Assembly (NCBI GenBank): GCA_937949725.1
Contig: CALECT010000017.1
Location: forward strand, 13,243 to 77,242
Source of the DNA: an uncultured Pseudanabaenaceae cyanobacterium
Lineage (GTDB): Bacteria > Cyanobacteriota > Cyanobacteriia > PCC-9006 > JAAUQQ01
Direction: 5' to 3'
Length of the DNA stretch: 64,000 nucleotides
A program made the position numbers and the translations under genes. Shown here piece by piece: positions 1 through 10,529 of this stretch. The notes beneath the pieces were generated by a model, which saw only the letters and a list, made by a program, of their open reading frames with translations, did no database searches and was not told where the DNA came from. Each line of letters starts with the position of its first letter. Position 1 is the first letter of the stretch.

Positions 1-1
1 C

Positions 2-1528
2 GCTTTCTTTAGTGCGGTGACGAAAGGGCCGATTACCGCCATTGTCATCGTCTTTGAGATGACCAATGACTTCAACCTGGTCCTACCGCTGATGGTGGCC
101 GCGATCACGGCCTACGGCGTTTCCAATACCTTTGTGCGGGGCTCGGTCTATAACCATTTGCTGGCGATGGAAGGCATTGCTCTAGATGAGACCGCAGCGG
201 GGCAAAACCTCTGGGAGACAATTACTGCTGCCCAGGTGATGCAGCCCAAGGTGGAAACCTTAGATGTGAATTTGCCCCTGAGCCAGGTCTCCCAAACCTT
301 CAAGCGTTCTCACCACCGAGGGTTTCCAGTGGTGGACCGTGAGGGTCGCTTAGCCGGAATTATTTCCCGCTCCGATCTCACCCTCCCCGCGAATTTGGAG
401 TTGCCCGGTGAGACGCCTCTGATGGAGCTGATGACAGCCCAGCCCGTGACCGTGCCGCCGGAGGCTCCCCTAGCGACGGTGCTGTATTTGCTCAATCGCC
501 ATAAGGTGAGCCGTTTGCCCGTCACCGAGGGGGCTCGCTTGGTGGGCATTATCACGCGGGCAGACATCATTCGGGCGGAGTCGGAGCATGTGGAAGGGAC
601 TGCGGCGGAACAGCAGCAGCGTTTGGACCCCTCCTATTGCGTTTACATGACGCGATCGCCCAGCGTTGGCCGAGGTCGCCTACTCCTGCCCCTCGCTAAT
701 CCCCAAACAGCTCCCACACTGATGCAAATGGCGGCAGCCATTGCCCGCCACCATCGCTACGAGTTGGAATGTGTGCAGATCATTGCCATCCCCCGTCATC
801 GAAATCCCGTGGAAACAGAAGTGTTTGCGGAAGGGCGACGTCACTTGCTCAAGCAGGCCCAGGCTCTAGGAAAGGAGTGGAATATTCCGGTGCATACCCA
901 GATTCGGGTGGGCCATGATGTGGCATCGGTGATTCTGGAAGTGATACGTGATCGCCGCATCGACCTTACTCTCCTGGGCTGGCGAGGCAAAGCCAGCGGC
1001 ACCGATCGCATCTTCAATGATGTGTTGGATACCCTAATTCGCCAGGCCCCCTGCGAATTGATGATGATCAAGCTGGGTGAACAGTTCAAACGTGTCGATG
1101 CGCCCTATCCTTCACTCCTAGCTCGCTTACACCTCAATCGCTGGCTCGTGCCCGCTTCCGGTGGGGAAAACAGCCGCCATGCTCTCAAGCGCTTGCCTGG
1201 TCTGGTCGGCCTCAGCGGCACCCCCCGCATTCAGCTCTGTCAGGTGTCCCATCCTAATAGTGGCTCCCTTTCTCCCCAGTGGCTGGAGGGGAGGGCGAGG
1301 ACATTGGAGGGGCAAGTAAGCTGTTGCGTTTCGACGACTTTGGTTTGTGCGCCGGGGGTGGTGGAGGCGATCGTTGACTTGGCGGATAAGGACCAGTGCG
1401 ATGTGATTGTTTTGGGGACGAGTCAGGAGAGTTTGCTACAGCAGGTGATTAAAGGGAATGTTCCGGAGGCGATCGCCCATCAAAGTCGCTGTACGGTCAT
1501 CTTGGTGAGAGGTCCGCTGGAGTCGTAG
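2..1528 (+). CDS. ClC-type chloride channel, C-terminal part (5' end lies outside the window), fused to two CBS domains and two tandem universal-stress-protein (Usp) domains
   Basis: The reading frame is open from base 2. The N-terminal residues GPITAIVIVFEMTNDFNLVLPLMVAAITAY match the last transmembrane region of ClC channels (E. coli ClC-ec1: GAPL..EMT.NYQLILPMI). Two CBS-like segments follow (…GFPVVDREGRLAGIISRSDL…, …VSRLPVTEGARLVGIITRADI…). The C-terminal ~280 aa has two UspA-like units (…DVIVLGTSQESLLQQVIKGNVPEAIAHQSRCTVILVRG). Confidence 0.8.
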   Translation, partial: AFFSAVTKGPITAIVIVFEMTNDFNLVLPLMVAAITAYGVSNTFVRGSVYNHLLAMEGIALDETAAGQNLWETITAAQVMQPKVETLDVNLPLSQVSQTFKRSHHRGFPVVDREGRLAGIISRSDLTLPANLELPGETPLMELMTAQPVTVPPEAPLATVLYLLNRHKVSRLPVTEGARLVGIITRADIIRAESEHVEGTAAEQQQRLDPSYCVYMTRSPSVGRGRLLLPLANPQTAPTLMQMAAAIARHHRYELECVQIIAIPRHRNPVETEVFAEGRRHLLKQAQALGKEWNIPVHTQIRVGHDVASVILEVIRDRRIDLTLLGWRGKASGTDRIFNDVLDTLIRQAPCELMMIKLGEQFKRVDAPYPSLLARLHLNRWLVPASGGENSRHALKRLPGLVGLSGTPRIQLCQVSHPNSGSLSPQWLEGRARTLEGQVSCCVSTTLVCAPGVVEAIVDLADKDQCDVIVLGTSQESLLQQVIKGNVPEAIAHQSRCTVILVRGPLES

Positions 1529-1541
1529 ACCATCCGGTTGG

Positions 1542-2468
1542 CTAGACGCCCAATCCCGTTTCGTCCTTATTCCCCAAGGTTAGCCTGAGGAGCGACGGAA
1601 TTAGAATCAGCAAAAATAGCGCTAGCCCGATGGTGCATGCATAGCTCATCTCAAAATCCCCAAAGGCCGTCTTGTAGATGTGAAACACCATCGTCGAGGC
1701 GCTATTGCCCGGCCCGCCACCCGGCAGCATCACATAGACCTCTTCAAACACTTTGGCCGCTGAAATCGACGAAATAACAGACACCAAAACCAAATAGGGC
1801 CGCATCAGCGGCAGCGTAATATCCCAATGTTTGGCCAAGCCATCGGAGCCATCGATCGCCGCTGCCTCATACAAATCCGGTGGAATCGCCTGGAGCCCTG
1901 CTAAATAGACAATCATGTAGTAACCCAGTCCTTTCCAGACCGTCACGGCCATAACGCTAAAAATGGCGAGATTGGGACTGGTGAGCCAACCAATGGGGAA
2001 AAACTTGGCCGCCAAGGCACCATCGCCCAGGAGCAAGCGCCCCAGCTGATTGAATAGGCCATTCTCGGCATAGAGCCAGCGCCAGGTAATCCCCGCCACC
2101 ACAATGGAAATCACCACCGGGGCATAGTAGGCCACCCGAAACCAGTTAATGCCGCGCAGCTTGCGATTGACCAAGATAGCCAGACCTAAAGGGAAAACCA
2201 CCAGAATGGGAACCACGCAAATCAAGTAGATGACTGTGTTGCGCAGTACCTGCCAAAACAGCTCGTCTCGCCACAGCTTCTTGAAATTGGCGAAATTATT
2301 CCATACAGGCGGGCTAAGCAGATCGTAATCCGTCAGGCTGTAATAGAACGCCTGGGCCGCAGGCCAAAAGATCGTCAGCAGCAGGACCACCATGGCCGGC
2401 AGCAGGAATAGATACGGTGTGAGCCTCTGTATAAACCGTTGTTGGGCCTGGGAAGAGCGCCGAGTCAT
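1542..2468 (-). CDS. ABC transporter permease, carbohydrate/glycerol-3-phosphate (UgpA/MalF-type) inner-membrane component
   Basis: 308 aa with multiple hydrophobic helices and the EAA signature loop EAAAIDGSDGLAKHWDITLPLMRPYL typical of binding-protein-dependent permeases. No partner permease, ATPase or binding protein is adjacent. Confidence 0.8.
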   Translation of the reverse strand: MTRRSSQAQQRFIQRLTPYLFLLPAMVVLLLTIFWPAAQAFYYSLTDYDLLSPPVWNNFANFKKLWRDELFWQVLRNTVIYLICVVPILVVFPLGLAILVNRKLRGINWFRVAYYAPVVISIVVAGITWRWLYAENGLFNQLGRLLLGDGALAAKFFPIGWLTSPNLAIFSVMAVTVWKGLGYYMIVYLAGLQAIPPDLYEAAAIDGSDGLAKHWDITLPLMRPYLVLVSVISSISAAKVFEEVYVMLPGGGPGNSASTMVFHIYKTAFGDFEMSYACTIGLALFLLILIPSLLRLTLGNKDETGLGV

Positions 2469-2556
2469 GGAGATAGATAGGAAGGAGACTGGAGAAACTG
2501 GGATGTATAAGGGGGGAAGCAGTTGTCTGTGGCGAACTGTCCGTGGTGAACAACAG

Positions 2557-3096
2557 CTACTCGGGGTACCAAAACATGCCTTTAATTCCCTCTGGATCTA
2601 CAACGAAACCCAGCGTTTCGTAGAAGGTCACAACCTGGGGATCTGCGAATAGGGTAATGTTGCTAATGTCTTCAGCACGAAGCTTCTTAATCATGTGCTG
2701 CATGAGGGATTTGCCTAGGCCTTTCCCCTGATACTTTGGGCTTACAACCACATCCCAAATCGTGGCGTTGAAGGCATGGTCCGAGGTAGCACGGGAAAAG
2801 CCAATCAAGCGTCGACGTTTGCCTAGGTCTTCCCAAAGCGTTACCACCAGGAAGCTGTGGGCGATCGCCTTTTTGACCTTTCTCAGGGGGCGACGGGACC
2901 AGCCGACGGTATCGCACAATTCCTCTAACTCATACAGATCAATCTGCCGATCTGTGCTGAAGTAGAGGCGGCAACCGTTCTCGCCCTCCTGCGGTAAAAC
3001 TTCAACGAGGCGACTGTCTAACGTCTCGATGCCATTGTTCGCCCCGGCGTTCGCCTCTGCATTGGAGCCTGTGAATAAATTTTTCCAGAAACCCAT
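2557..3096 (-). CDS. GNAT family N-acetyltransferase
   Basis: 179 aa. Acetyl-CoA-binding motif region …[24 protein letters not shown]… (the Q/RxxGxG/A pattern) and a C-terminal …FYETLGFV… segment. Confidence 0.75.
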   Translation of the reverse strand: MGFWKNLFTGSNAEANAGANNGIETLDSRLVEVLPQEGENGCRLYFSTDRQIDLYELEELCDTVGWSRRPLRKVKKAIAHSFLVVTLWEDLGKRRRLIGFSRATSDHAFNATIWDVVVSPKYQGKGLGKSLMQHMIKKLRAEDISNITLFADPQVVTFYETLGFVVDPEGIKGMFWYPE

Positions 3097-3216
3097 GCGG
3101 CTAGAAAGAGCGCGATCGCGGTTAAACGGCAGTGCTTGTGATGACCAGCACCAGTTTTAGATTGTATCTCCCTCCTGCCTCGATCCCCTGCCAAACTAGG
3201 ACGACCTCTGCCTGAT

Positions 3217-3948
3217 ATGTCCCCCAGCCTTAAGCCAGCCACCCAGGAGAAACTGCGACGCTTCAGTCAACTGTTCCCCGAGTTCTATGAACAGTTCGTC
3301 TCTAGCGACACCCAGTACGACAACCTTAAGTTGGCCTATCAGCTCTATAAGCAGAAGCAAGCCATCATTACGGCGGAGTCTGCAGGGGAGCAAACTTCCT
3401 TGAGCTTGGCCGCGAAGAACCAAACAGGCCTGCTGCGTGATGTCTTCGGGGTTCTGGCGGCATATAACCTGTCGGTTCATAAGCTGGAAGTTCATGGGCA
3501 GGTAGAAGCGCCCATGCTGATTTTCATCCGCCTCAATGTTTCGCGGGGGGGCAAAGCCCTGGCTGGGAAAACGGCAGATAACGTCCGCCGTGCCCTACGG
3601 GAAGCCCTGGAAGGGCGGTTTGAAGTGGAAGAGATGCTCTCAGTGGAGTTATTCGAAAACAACCGCTTGGGGTCGGTGCAAACGGAGTTCTACATTGACC
3701 AGCGGTTTCATCTGCCAGCACTTTTGATTGAGTCCGATGAAGAAGATGGCATGTTCTTCAAGATGACTAATGCCATTTGCCCTGAAAATCTGTTGGTGGT
3801 GAATGCCAATTTGCTGCTGTGGCGAGGACGCACTCGCCTCATTCTTTATGTATTGACCGACCGTACAGGCGGTATCCCTGATTATCGTGGCCAGAAGATT
3901 GCTGAGCGAGTGAAAGCTCGTCTTTTGGGCAGTAACGCGACTGCGTAG
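3217..3948 (+). CDS. ACT-domain-containing protein of unknown function
   Basis: 243 aa. Segment LLRDVFGVLAAYNLSVHKLEVHGQVEAPMLIFIRLNV resembles an ACT fold (beta-alpha-beta-beta). No catalytic motif was recognised. Confidence 0.5.
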   Translation: MSPSLKPATQEKLRRFSQLFPEFYEQFVSSDTQYDNLKLAYQLYKQKQAIITAESAGEQTSLSLAAKNQTGLLRDVFGVLAAYNLSVHKLEVHGQVEAPMLIFIRLNVSRGGKALAGKTADNVRRALREALEGRFEVEEMLSVELFENNRLGSVQTEFYIDQRFHLPALLIESDEEDGMFFKMTNAICPENLLVVNANLLLWRGRTRLILYVLTDRTGGIPDYRGQKIAERVKARLLGSNATA

Positions 3949-4114
3949 GGAGACGATGAACTTGGGATGCTCGGCATTAGGGCGAGGATCCCCCAATTGC
4001 CATGTATGCTGCCTGATGTGATCGCCGTCTATGCAAAAAAGGGGGCGACATGCCCTGCCAATAGGCGTATAGTGGTGGGTTCTCAATCCACCGGCAACGG
4101 GCTAGGATAGTCCT

Positions 4115-4981
4115 ATGCCAAGCCTTGAGATCCGGGGTACGTCCCATGTCTACGACTTAACGGCACCAGCGAACTCTGATGTAGTGCTGGTGTTCATTCA
4201 TGGTTGGCTGCTGAGCCGCAGCTATTGGCGTCCACTGATTGACAAGCTGTCTCCACAGTTTCAATGCTTGTCCTATGATTTGCGGGGATTTGGTGATTCA
4301 TCTCAGATTTGTCCAGACGATTGCAGCTCCTATAGCCCTGCTGCTTATGCGGAAGACCTGAACCAACTTTTAGACCAGCTCAAGATTAAGAAGGCTTGGT
4401 TGGTGGGTCATTCTCTTGGGGGGACGATCGCCTTGTGGGGAGCCCATTCCTTGTCGACTCGCATTGCTGGAGTCACCTGCATTAATGCTGGAGGCGGCGT
4501 CTATCTCGAGCAGGAGTTTGAGCGCTTTCGGAACCTGGGCAAAAAGCTGGTGCAGTGGCGTCATCCACTGCTGGGCAAGTTACCCCTACTGGACTGGATG
4601 TTTGCGAAGGCAGGGACTGTCCAGCCCATGAATCATCATTGGCGGCGACAGCGGTTGTTGGATTACGTCGGAGCCCACAGCGCGGCGGCTCGAGGGGCAT
4701 TACTAGAGAGCACGACGCGGGAACAGGTGCATCGTTTGCCCCAGGTGGTTGCTCAGTTAGAGCAGCCGGTTTATTTCTTATCGGGCGATCGCGATCCCAT
4801 CATGCATCCCCGCTATGTGCGCCACTTGGCCAGCTTCCATCCTTTTTTTCAAGCAACCTGCGGCGAGAACCTGACAGAAATCGCTGACTGCGGCCATATG
4901 GCCATGGTGGAGCAAACGGAGCGAGTGGCAAGCCGACTCCAGGAGATTTTGGCTGCCCATCCGGTGCCGGTAGAGGCATAA
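4115..4981 (+). CDS. alpha/beta-fold hydrolase
   Basis: 288 aa with an HGW oxyanion region (VLVFIHGWLLS), a GHSLGG nucleophile elbow, and a C-terminal His (CGHMAMVEQ) consistent with a Ser-Asp-His triad. Confidence 0.8.
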   Translation: MPSLEIRGTSHVYDLTAPANSDVVLVFIHGWLLSRSYWRPLIDKLSPQFQCLSYDLRGFGDSSQICPDDCSSYSPAAYAEDLNQLLDQLKIKKAWLVGHSLGGTIALWGAHSLSTRIAGVTCINAGGGVYLEQEFERFRNLGKKLVQWRHPLLGKLPLLDWMFAKAGTVQPMNHHWRRQRLLDYVGAHSAAARGALLESTTREQVHRLPQVVAQLEQPVYFLSGDRDPIMHPRYVRHLASFHPFFQATCGENLTEIADCGHMAMVEQTERVASRLQEILAAHPVPVEA

Positions 4982-5041
4982 GCATTTAGGCAGCGTAACG
5001 TCGGAGCCGCGTTCTCCTGCCCAGGCTGTAGATATGCACAA

Positions 5042-5068
5042 GTATGGGCGAGAAGATCTCGCCCATAC
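5042..5068. terminator. perfect 11-bp stem hairpin (GTATGGGCGAG-aagat-CTCGCCCATAC) between convergent genes; candidate bidirectional terminator
   Basis: Read directly from the sequence. It lies between the stop of the hydrolase gene (4981, +) and the stop of ychF (5110, -). The flanking U-tracts are weak. Confidence 0.45.
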
Positions 5069-5109
5069 CAGGGTTATTAAACTTGAGATATGGCGCTGGA
5101 CTGAGGCCG

Positions 5110-6201
5110 TTACGCGCTGGTGAGGAAGTGCATGACATCCCCTTCAGCAACGACGTATTCTTTGCCTTCACTGCGGACCAAACCTTTGCTTTTGGCTACG
5201 CCCATGGAACCGTTATCCACTAGGTCTTGGTAGGAAACCGTCTCGGCCCGAATAAAGCAATGCTCGAAGTCAGTGTGAATCACGCCAGCAGCTTGGGGGG
5301 CGACCATGCCTTTGTGGATGGTCCAGGCGCGGGTCTCTTTGGGGCCGGTGGTGAAGTAGGTCTGGAGGCCTAGCAAAGAGTAGGTGGCGCGGATTAGAGA
5401 GCGTAGACCACCTTCCTCAACACCAAGGGATTCGAGGAATTCACCGCGCTCTTCTTCGGGGATCTCAACGAGTTCGGCTTCTACTTGGGCAGAAATGATC
5501 ACGACTTGGGCGCCTTCCGTTTCGGCGATCGCCTTGACCTGTTCAACCCACTCATTACCGCTAGACAAATCATCCTCAGACACGTTAGCGCCATAGATTA
5601 CCGGCTTGCGCGTGAGGAAGCCTAAAGCCTTAATGGCAAGCTCTTCGTCTTCGCTTAATTCCACGGATCGAGCGGGTTTACCTTCATTCAGAACGGGAAC
5701 CAGTTTCTCCAGAGCATCCACTTCGGTCTGGACTTCTTTGTTCTTGCGAACTTCTTTGCGAGCCCGGTCTAGGCGACGCTCCGCTTGATCCAGGTCAGCT
5801 AGGGCGAGTTCCAAGTTGATGACTTCCATGTCACGGCCCGGATCGACGGAGCCAGCCACATGGATGATGTCGTCATCGTCGAAGCAGCGCACGACATGCA
5901 CGATGGAATCCACTTCGCGGATATTGGCCAAAAACTGGTTGCCTAGGCCCTCGCCCTTGCTGGCTCCTTTCACGAGGCCTGCAATATCCACAAATTCCAC
6001 ACGGGCAGGCAGAATCTTCTCGGAGCTGGAAATATCTGACAAAACTTGGAGGCGGTCATCCGGAACTGAGACGATGCCAACGTTTGGCTCGATCGTGCAG
6101 AAGGGGAAATTGGCCGCTTGGGCCTTGGCATTGGCCACGAGGGCATTAAATAGCGTTGACTTACCAACGTTGGGTAGTCCAACAATTCCCGCTCTTAACA
6201 T
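5110..6201 (-). CDS. ychF: ribosome-binding ATPase YchF (Obg-family GTPase)
   Basis: 363 aa. N-terminal [22 protein letters not shown]-loop, …FCTIEPNVG…, a [11 protein letters not shown]3 region, and a C-terminal TGS domain. The length matches YchF. Confidence 0.9.
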   Translation of the reverse strand: MLRAGIVGLPNVGKSTLFNALVANAKAQAANFPFCTIEPNVGIVSVPDDRLQVLSDISSSEKILPARVEFVDIAGLVKGASKGEGLGNQFLANIREVDSIVHVVRCFDDDDIIHVAGSVDPGRDMEVINLELALADLDQAERRLDRARKEVRKNKEVQTEVDALEKLVPVLNEGKPARSVELSEDEELAIKALGFLTRKPVIYGANVSEDDLSSGNEWVEQVKAIAETEGAQVVIISAQVEAELVEIPEEERGEFLESLGVEEGGLRSLIRATYSLLGLQTYFTTGPKETRAWTIHKGMVAPQAAGVIHTDFEHCFIRAETVSYQDLVDNGSMGVAKSKGLVRSEGKEYVVAEGDVMHFLTSA

Positions 6202-6279
6202 GGGGATGCCTCAGCATTCTCCGGTGAATTTTAACAATGTGTACTTTAGCAGGTTCTGGGAGGAGCCGGAGTCCTTGGA

Positions 6280-7893
6280 ATGTCCGAATCACCGAACCTG
6301 CCGCTGTCCCAGTCCCCATTCCGGTCACCCTCAATGGGGGTGCGTTACGATGCCACTGCGGATTGTGATCGCGCTTACGAGGGTTTACACCGCGCCTTAG
6401 CTGACTCAGCACCCGAAACACAGACCAGGAACTATCTAGATATCGGCATGGGAAGTGAACGCAAAGTATCGCCTTGGCTTGTGGGAGCCATTTGTTTGGT
6501 GGTGGGCTTAGGGGCCGGTGGCTTGGGTACGTTTGCAGCCCGGCGAGGGGGCGGACTTCCGGCTGAGGAGCTGGAACGGTTGACCGTGGAAGCAGCGCGA
6601 TCGCCTCTAACCCTCAAAATCCGAGTCAATGGCAGTGTGGTTCCGGTCCGCAGTGTCAACCTCAGCCCCAAGACTGCAGGTCGTCTGGAGCGGTTACTGG
6701 TCAACCAGGGTGATGTGGTTGCAGCGGGCGATTTGCTCGCGGTGATGGAAAGCCAAGATTTAGAGTCCCAATTTGTCCAGGCCAAGGCTCGTCAGATTCA
6801 AGCAGAAGCTAACCTAAAGCAACTCCAAGCAGGGGGCACCGATGTTGTGGTGGCCCAGGGAGAGGAAGAAGTACGCCAGGCCCGCACTCAGATGGTGGTG
6901 GAAGCGGCCCAGGTCCGAGAAGCCGAAGCACAAATTGCTGAAGCTCAGGCTCAGGTGCAGGAATCCCAAGCCCAACTGGATTTAGCAGAGCAGCAGCTCA
7001 AGCGTAATTTGGCCCTTGAGAGTGAGGGGGCAATTTCCCGCGATCGCCTCGATGAACTGACCACCGCAGCCAATCGAGCCCGCGCCAACCTAGAACGCAG
7101 CCGGGCATCTCAAGTGCGTGCAGAAGCTGGACTTATACGGACTCAGGCCGCCCAAGCCCAGGCACAATCGCGTTTAGAGGCAGCCCAGCTCCGTTTGCAA
7201 GACACGTCTAGTAGTCAGCGCCCAGAGCTGATTGAACAGGCTGAAGCCCAAGTTTTTGAGGCTCTGGGCCAGGTTCAGGCTGTGGAAGTGCAAAAAAACG
7301 ACACCTTATTGCGGGCTCCCTTCGATGGCATTATCACCCAGCGCTTTGCAGATCCCGGTGCCTTTGTAACACCCACGACCTCCGCTTCTAGTACTGCCTC
7401 TGCGACCTCTACCTCTGTGGTAGCCCTAGCCCAAGGTCTAGAAGTGCTCGCCAATGTGCCAGAAGTGGACATCAATGCCGTCCGTCCTGGTCAGATCGTG
7501 GAGGTCAGCGCTGATGCGTTTCCTGAGCAGACTTTCATCGGTCAGGTTCGCCTGGTTTCGCCAGAGGCGGTAGAGGAGCAGAATGTGACTTCGTTTCAAG
7601 TGCGTGTGGCCTTGACGACGGGGCAAGACCAGCTGCGCTCCGGGATGAATGTGGATCTCACCTTTCTAGGGGAGAGCATTGGGAATGCTTTGGTGGTGCC
7701 GACGGTGGCGATAGTCACCCGAGAAGGGGAGCGCGGTGTCCTAGTGCCCGATCTCAAGAATGAGCCAGAGTTTCAGCCCGTAGAAACTGGGGTCAGCATT
7801 GGCAATGAGACCCAGATTCTGTCAGGAATTGACGCGGGGGAGCGAGTGTTTATTGATCTGCCCAGCGATCGCCGCTTCCAGGAAGAGGAGTAG
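6280..7893 (+). CDS. HlyD-family membrane-fusion / periplasmic adaptor protein of an efflux or ABC exporter (DevB-like); the true start is probably the internal Met at ~6448
   Basis: A TM helix ([16 protein letters not shown]) is followed by a very long Ala/Gln/Glu-rich coiled coil and the barrel/lipoyl signature …[19 protein letters not shown]…. Confidence 0.8.
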   Translation: MSESPNLPLSQSPFRSPSMGVRYDATADCDRAYEGLHRALADSAPETQTRNYLDIGMGSERKVSPWLVGAICLVVGLGAGGLGTFAARRGGGLPAEELERLTVEAARSPLTLKIRVNGSVVPVRSVNLSPKTAGRLERLLVNQGDVVAAGDLLAVMESQDLESQFVQAKARQIQAEANLKQLQAGGTDVVVAQGEEEVRQARTQMVVEAAQVREAEAQIAEAQAQVQESQAQLDLAEQQLKRNLALESEGAISRDRLDELTTAANRARANLERSRASQVRAEAGLIRTQAAQAQAQSRLEAAQLRLQDTSSSQRPELIEQAEAQVFEALGQVQAVEVQKNDTLLRAPFDGIITQRFADPGAFVTPTTSASSTASATSTSVVALAQGLEVLANVPEVDINAVRPGQIVEVSADAFPEQTFIGQVRLVSPEAVEEQNVTSFQVRVALTTGQDQLRSGMNVDLTFLGESIGNALVVPTVAIVTREGERGVLVPDLKNEPEFQPVETGVSIGNETQILSGIDAGERVFIDLPSDRRFQEEE

Positions 7894-7944
7894 GACCCCA
7901 TCCAGTTCGGTACAACCCGGTTTTCATCAGTTGAGCAAACAGCA

Positions 7945-7981
7945 GGAAGAGGCGGTGGACTAAAGGTCCACCGCCTCTTCC
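7945..7981. terminator. perfect 16-bp stem hairpin (GGAAGAGGCGGTGGAC-taaag-GTCCACCGCCTCTTCC) between convergent genes
   Basis: Read directly from the sequence. It sits between the membrane-fusion-protein stop (7893, +) and the rpmB stop (8034, -). Confidence 0.5.
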
Positions 7982-8033
7982 TATAAAATCGAATCTGTCT
8001 AAGCAAAGCTACGTCCTGCTCGACGCGGCAACC

Positions 8034-8270
8034 TTAGAACTTGTTCAGGTCGATGCCTGCTTCCTTCGCCATTTGACCAATACCCTTCTTCTCAAGGGTC
8101 TTGATCGCCTTTGTAGAAATGCGCATTCTGACGAAGCGATTACCTTCAGGCCACCAGATGCGCTTGCTTTGCAAGTTGACATGCTGGAGCCGCTTGGTGC
8201 GGATGTGAGAGTGAGATACGGCAAAGGCGTTATTAGCCTTCTTACCGGTGAGTTGGCATTTCCGCGACAT
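8034..8270 (-). CDS. rpmB: 50S ribosomal protein L28
   Basis: 78 aa. [34 protein letters not shown]… is a near-textbook L28 sequence. Confidence 0.92.
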   Translation of the reverse strand: MSRKCQLTGKKANNAFAVSHSHIRTKRLQHVNLQSKRIWWPEGNRFVRMRISTKAIKTLEKKGIGQMAKEAGIDLNKF

Positions 8271-8496
8271 TTGGAATTCTCCGGAGCCCTAGATAGCTTT
8301 TTGCAGTCTTCAATCATACAGGATGTCGGCCAGATCTGCTCCCTAGGCACTAGAACAATGGCACAGGTACCGAACGAAGCTGCCTCCCGGCACCTTTTGC
8401 GACGTCATTGCCCGCGATTTCATTTCGCGATGCCTGGGTATCTTGGCAAATGAGAAATGTCCATGCATCTGAGCAGAGACATGGACATTTAGTGGC

Positions 8497-8543
8497 GTAT
8501 TTTTAGGACGGATATGGCAATGCCATATCCGTCCTAAAAATAC
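8497..8543. repeat. 47-bp perfect palindrome (GTATTTTTAGGACGGATATGGCA a TGCCATATCCGTCCTAAAAATAC)
   Basis: Read directly from the sequence. It lies just downstream of the sir stop (8589, -) and upstream of the rpmB start (8270). The A/T tracts sit inside the stem arms rather than 3' of it, so it is not a canonical intrinsic terminator in either orientation. Confidence 0.5.
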
Positions 8544-8588
8544 TGTGGGGTAGGGGTGTTGTATTTACATATCCCCACCTGCTTTGTT

Positions 8589-10529
8589 TTAACCTTCGCT
8601 GCCTTCCTGCAAATAAGCCTCCAGCGCTGCCGCTGCCAAATCCCGCAGGGACTTGCCTTCCGCATCAGCTTTTTCCTTCAGGCGATCGTGGAGCGTAGGC
8701 GATAGCTCTACACGCCAGCGCTTCCGGGAAGCACCCTTCTTCGCGGTCTTAAAGGCATCGGGATTGGCCTTGTACTCCTCGGAGAAAGACCGCAGGGCAT
8801 CGAAGCCCACGCGATCACAAAAGTCTCCAAAGCTTTCACTGCGCTTGCGATCGCGCTTGAACTGTACAAACATCGGCTCCAGCTCAGCCTCAATCTCCGT
8901 CTCCTGCAACTTCTGCATATAGGGACGGGCCAGGCGAGTCTGGTTGGGGCAACCACCCAGCCACAGTTGGTAAGCATCATTGGCACTGCCAACGAAGCCG
9001 ACTTCCGCCATATAGGGACGAGCGCAACCGTTGGGGCAACCCGTCATGCGAACAACGAAATGCTCATCCTTGGACAGGCCAACTTTGGTCATCGTTCCGC
9101 GAATGCGTTCCAGGATTCCAGGAATTGCCCGCTCCGACTCAATCATGGCCAGGCCACAAGTAGGCAGAGCCGGGCAGGCCATGGCGTAGCGCTCTAGCGG
9201 ATCAACATCCGTTTCCTTGGCGACGCCGTGGCTGTCAAGAATGCCCTGGATGGTGTCCTTATCCTTGGGGTCAATCTCGTAAATGATGGCGTTGTGGTTG
9301 GCGGTTAGGCGCGTGGGCAGGTGGAACTGCTCGATGATCTTGCGCATCGCCGCTTTGAGCTTGAAGTCGCCCTCATCCTTGACGCGACCATTGGCAATGT
9401 TGATGCCTAGGAACAGCTTGCCGTCACCCTGTTCGTTCCAGCCCAGGTAGTCCTCGTACTTGAAGGCCACGGTGGACTTGCTGGGTTGAATCTTCTTGCC
9501 GAAGTACTCTTCCAGCTTGGCGGTGAATTTCTCCACACCCCAGTCATGGAGCAGGTACTTCATGCGGGCGTGGCGACGGTTGACGCGATCGCCATAGTCC
9601 CGCTGGGTGCAAAGAATCGCCTTAACCAGGTCGTAAATATCCTCAGTGGCGACAAAGCCAATGGGATCCGCAGCCCGAGCAAAGGTCTCTTCCTTATTGT
9701 GAGTGCGACCCAGGCCGCCCCCGGCATAGACATTGAAACCCAGATGCTTGCCATCCTTATCACAAATCACCACCAGGCCAATGTCCTGGGTGAGGATGTC
9801 GATGGAGTTATCGCCAGGCACCGTCACCGCAATCTTGAACTTGCGGGGCATGTAGTAGGTGCCGTAGAGGGGCTCCTCGCTGTCATGCTTGATGGTGCCG
9901 TTGCCATTGCGCTGGCGAGCGGCTTTAACCTCGGGATCCTCTTCTGCACTGATGGCTTTCTCACCATCAAGCCAAATTTCGTAGTAAGCGCCGGTTTGGG
10001 GCGTCAGCAGGTCGGCAATGTTATCGGCGTATTTCCAGGCTAGCTGGTAGTCCAGTCGATTCTTATAAGGCGCGGGCGGTGCCATGACGTTGCGGTTGAG
10101 ATCACCGCAGGCTCCCAGGGTGGAGCCCATATTCTTGATGATCGTAGAGATCACCGTTTTGATGTCTTTCTTGGGGATGCCGTGGAGCTGGAAACCCTGG
10201 CGAGTGGTGATGCGCAGGTTGCCACAGCCGATATCGTCGGACATGGTATCCATGGCCAAGTACAGCTCTGGCGGAATAAAGCCACCCGGATTACGGGTGC
10301 GCAGCATCATGCTGTAGTCCTTCTCCTGGCCTGGCACGCGCTTGAGGTCGCGATCGCTCTGCTGGTAGAAGCCGTGGAATTTGATGATTTGAGTCGCGTC
10401 TTTGCTGAAGTGGGTGGTGTCTTGCTTCAGCTCGGTGGCGACGGGCTCGCGCAGAAAATTACTGCGCTCCTTGATGCCCTCAAGTTTGGATTTTTTTTGC
10501 TCGGTGGATGCAGTAGCTGCTGGGGACAT
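8589..10529 (-). CDS. sir: assimilatory ferredoxin-sulfite reductase (siroheme/[4Fe-4S] nitrite-sulfite reductase family)
   Basis: 646 aa with a duplicated NiR/SiR ferredoxin-like half-domain. Cys cluster …[13 protein letters not shown]… and …[12 protein letters not shown]…. N-terminal …[14 protein letters not shown]… is typical of plant and cyanobacterial SiR. Confidence 0.88.
   Translation of the reverse strand: MSPAATASTEQKKSKLEGIKERSNFLREPVATELKQDTTHFSKDATQIIKFHGFYQQSDRDLKRVPGQEKDYSMMLRTRNPGGFIPPELYLAMDTMSDDIGCGNLRITTRQGFQLHGIPKKDIKTVISTIIKNMGSTLGACGDLNRNVMAPPAPYKNRLDYQLAWKYADNIADLLTPQTGAYYEIWLDGEKAISAEEDPEVKAARQRNGNGTIKHDSEEPLYGTYYMPRKFKIAVTVPGDNSIDILTQDIGLVVICDKDGKHLGFNVYAGGGLGRTHNKEETFARAADPIGFVATEDIYDLVKAILCTQRDYGDRVNRRHARMKYLLHDWGVEKFTAKLEEYFGKKIQPSKSTVAFKYEDYLGWNEQGDGKLFLGINIANGRVKDEGDFKLKAAMRKIIEQFHLPTRLTANHNAIIYEIDPKDKDTIQGILDSHGVAKETDVDPLERYAMACPALPTCGLAMIESERAIPGILERIRGTMTKVGLSKDEHFVVRMTGCPNGCARPYMAEVGFVGSANDAYQLWLGGCPNQTRLARPYMQKLQETEIEAELEPMFVQFKRDRKRSESFGDFCDRVGFDALRSFSEEYKANPDAFKTAKKGASRKRWRVELSPTLHDRLKEKADAEGKSLRDLAAAALEAYLQEGSEG

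Noticed and set aside
2392-2652. 86-aa plus-strand ORF spanning the gap between the permease and GNAT genes
   Set aside because: It overlaps the 5' end of the permease gene and the 3' end of the GNAT gene on the opposite strand and has no features. The real content here is a short intergenic or operon junction.
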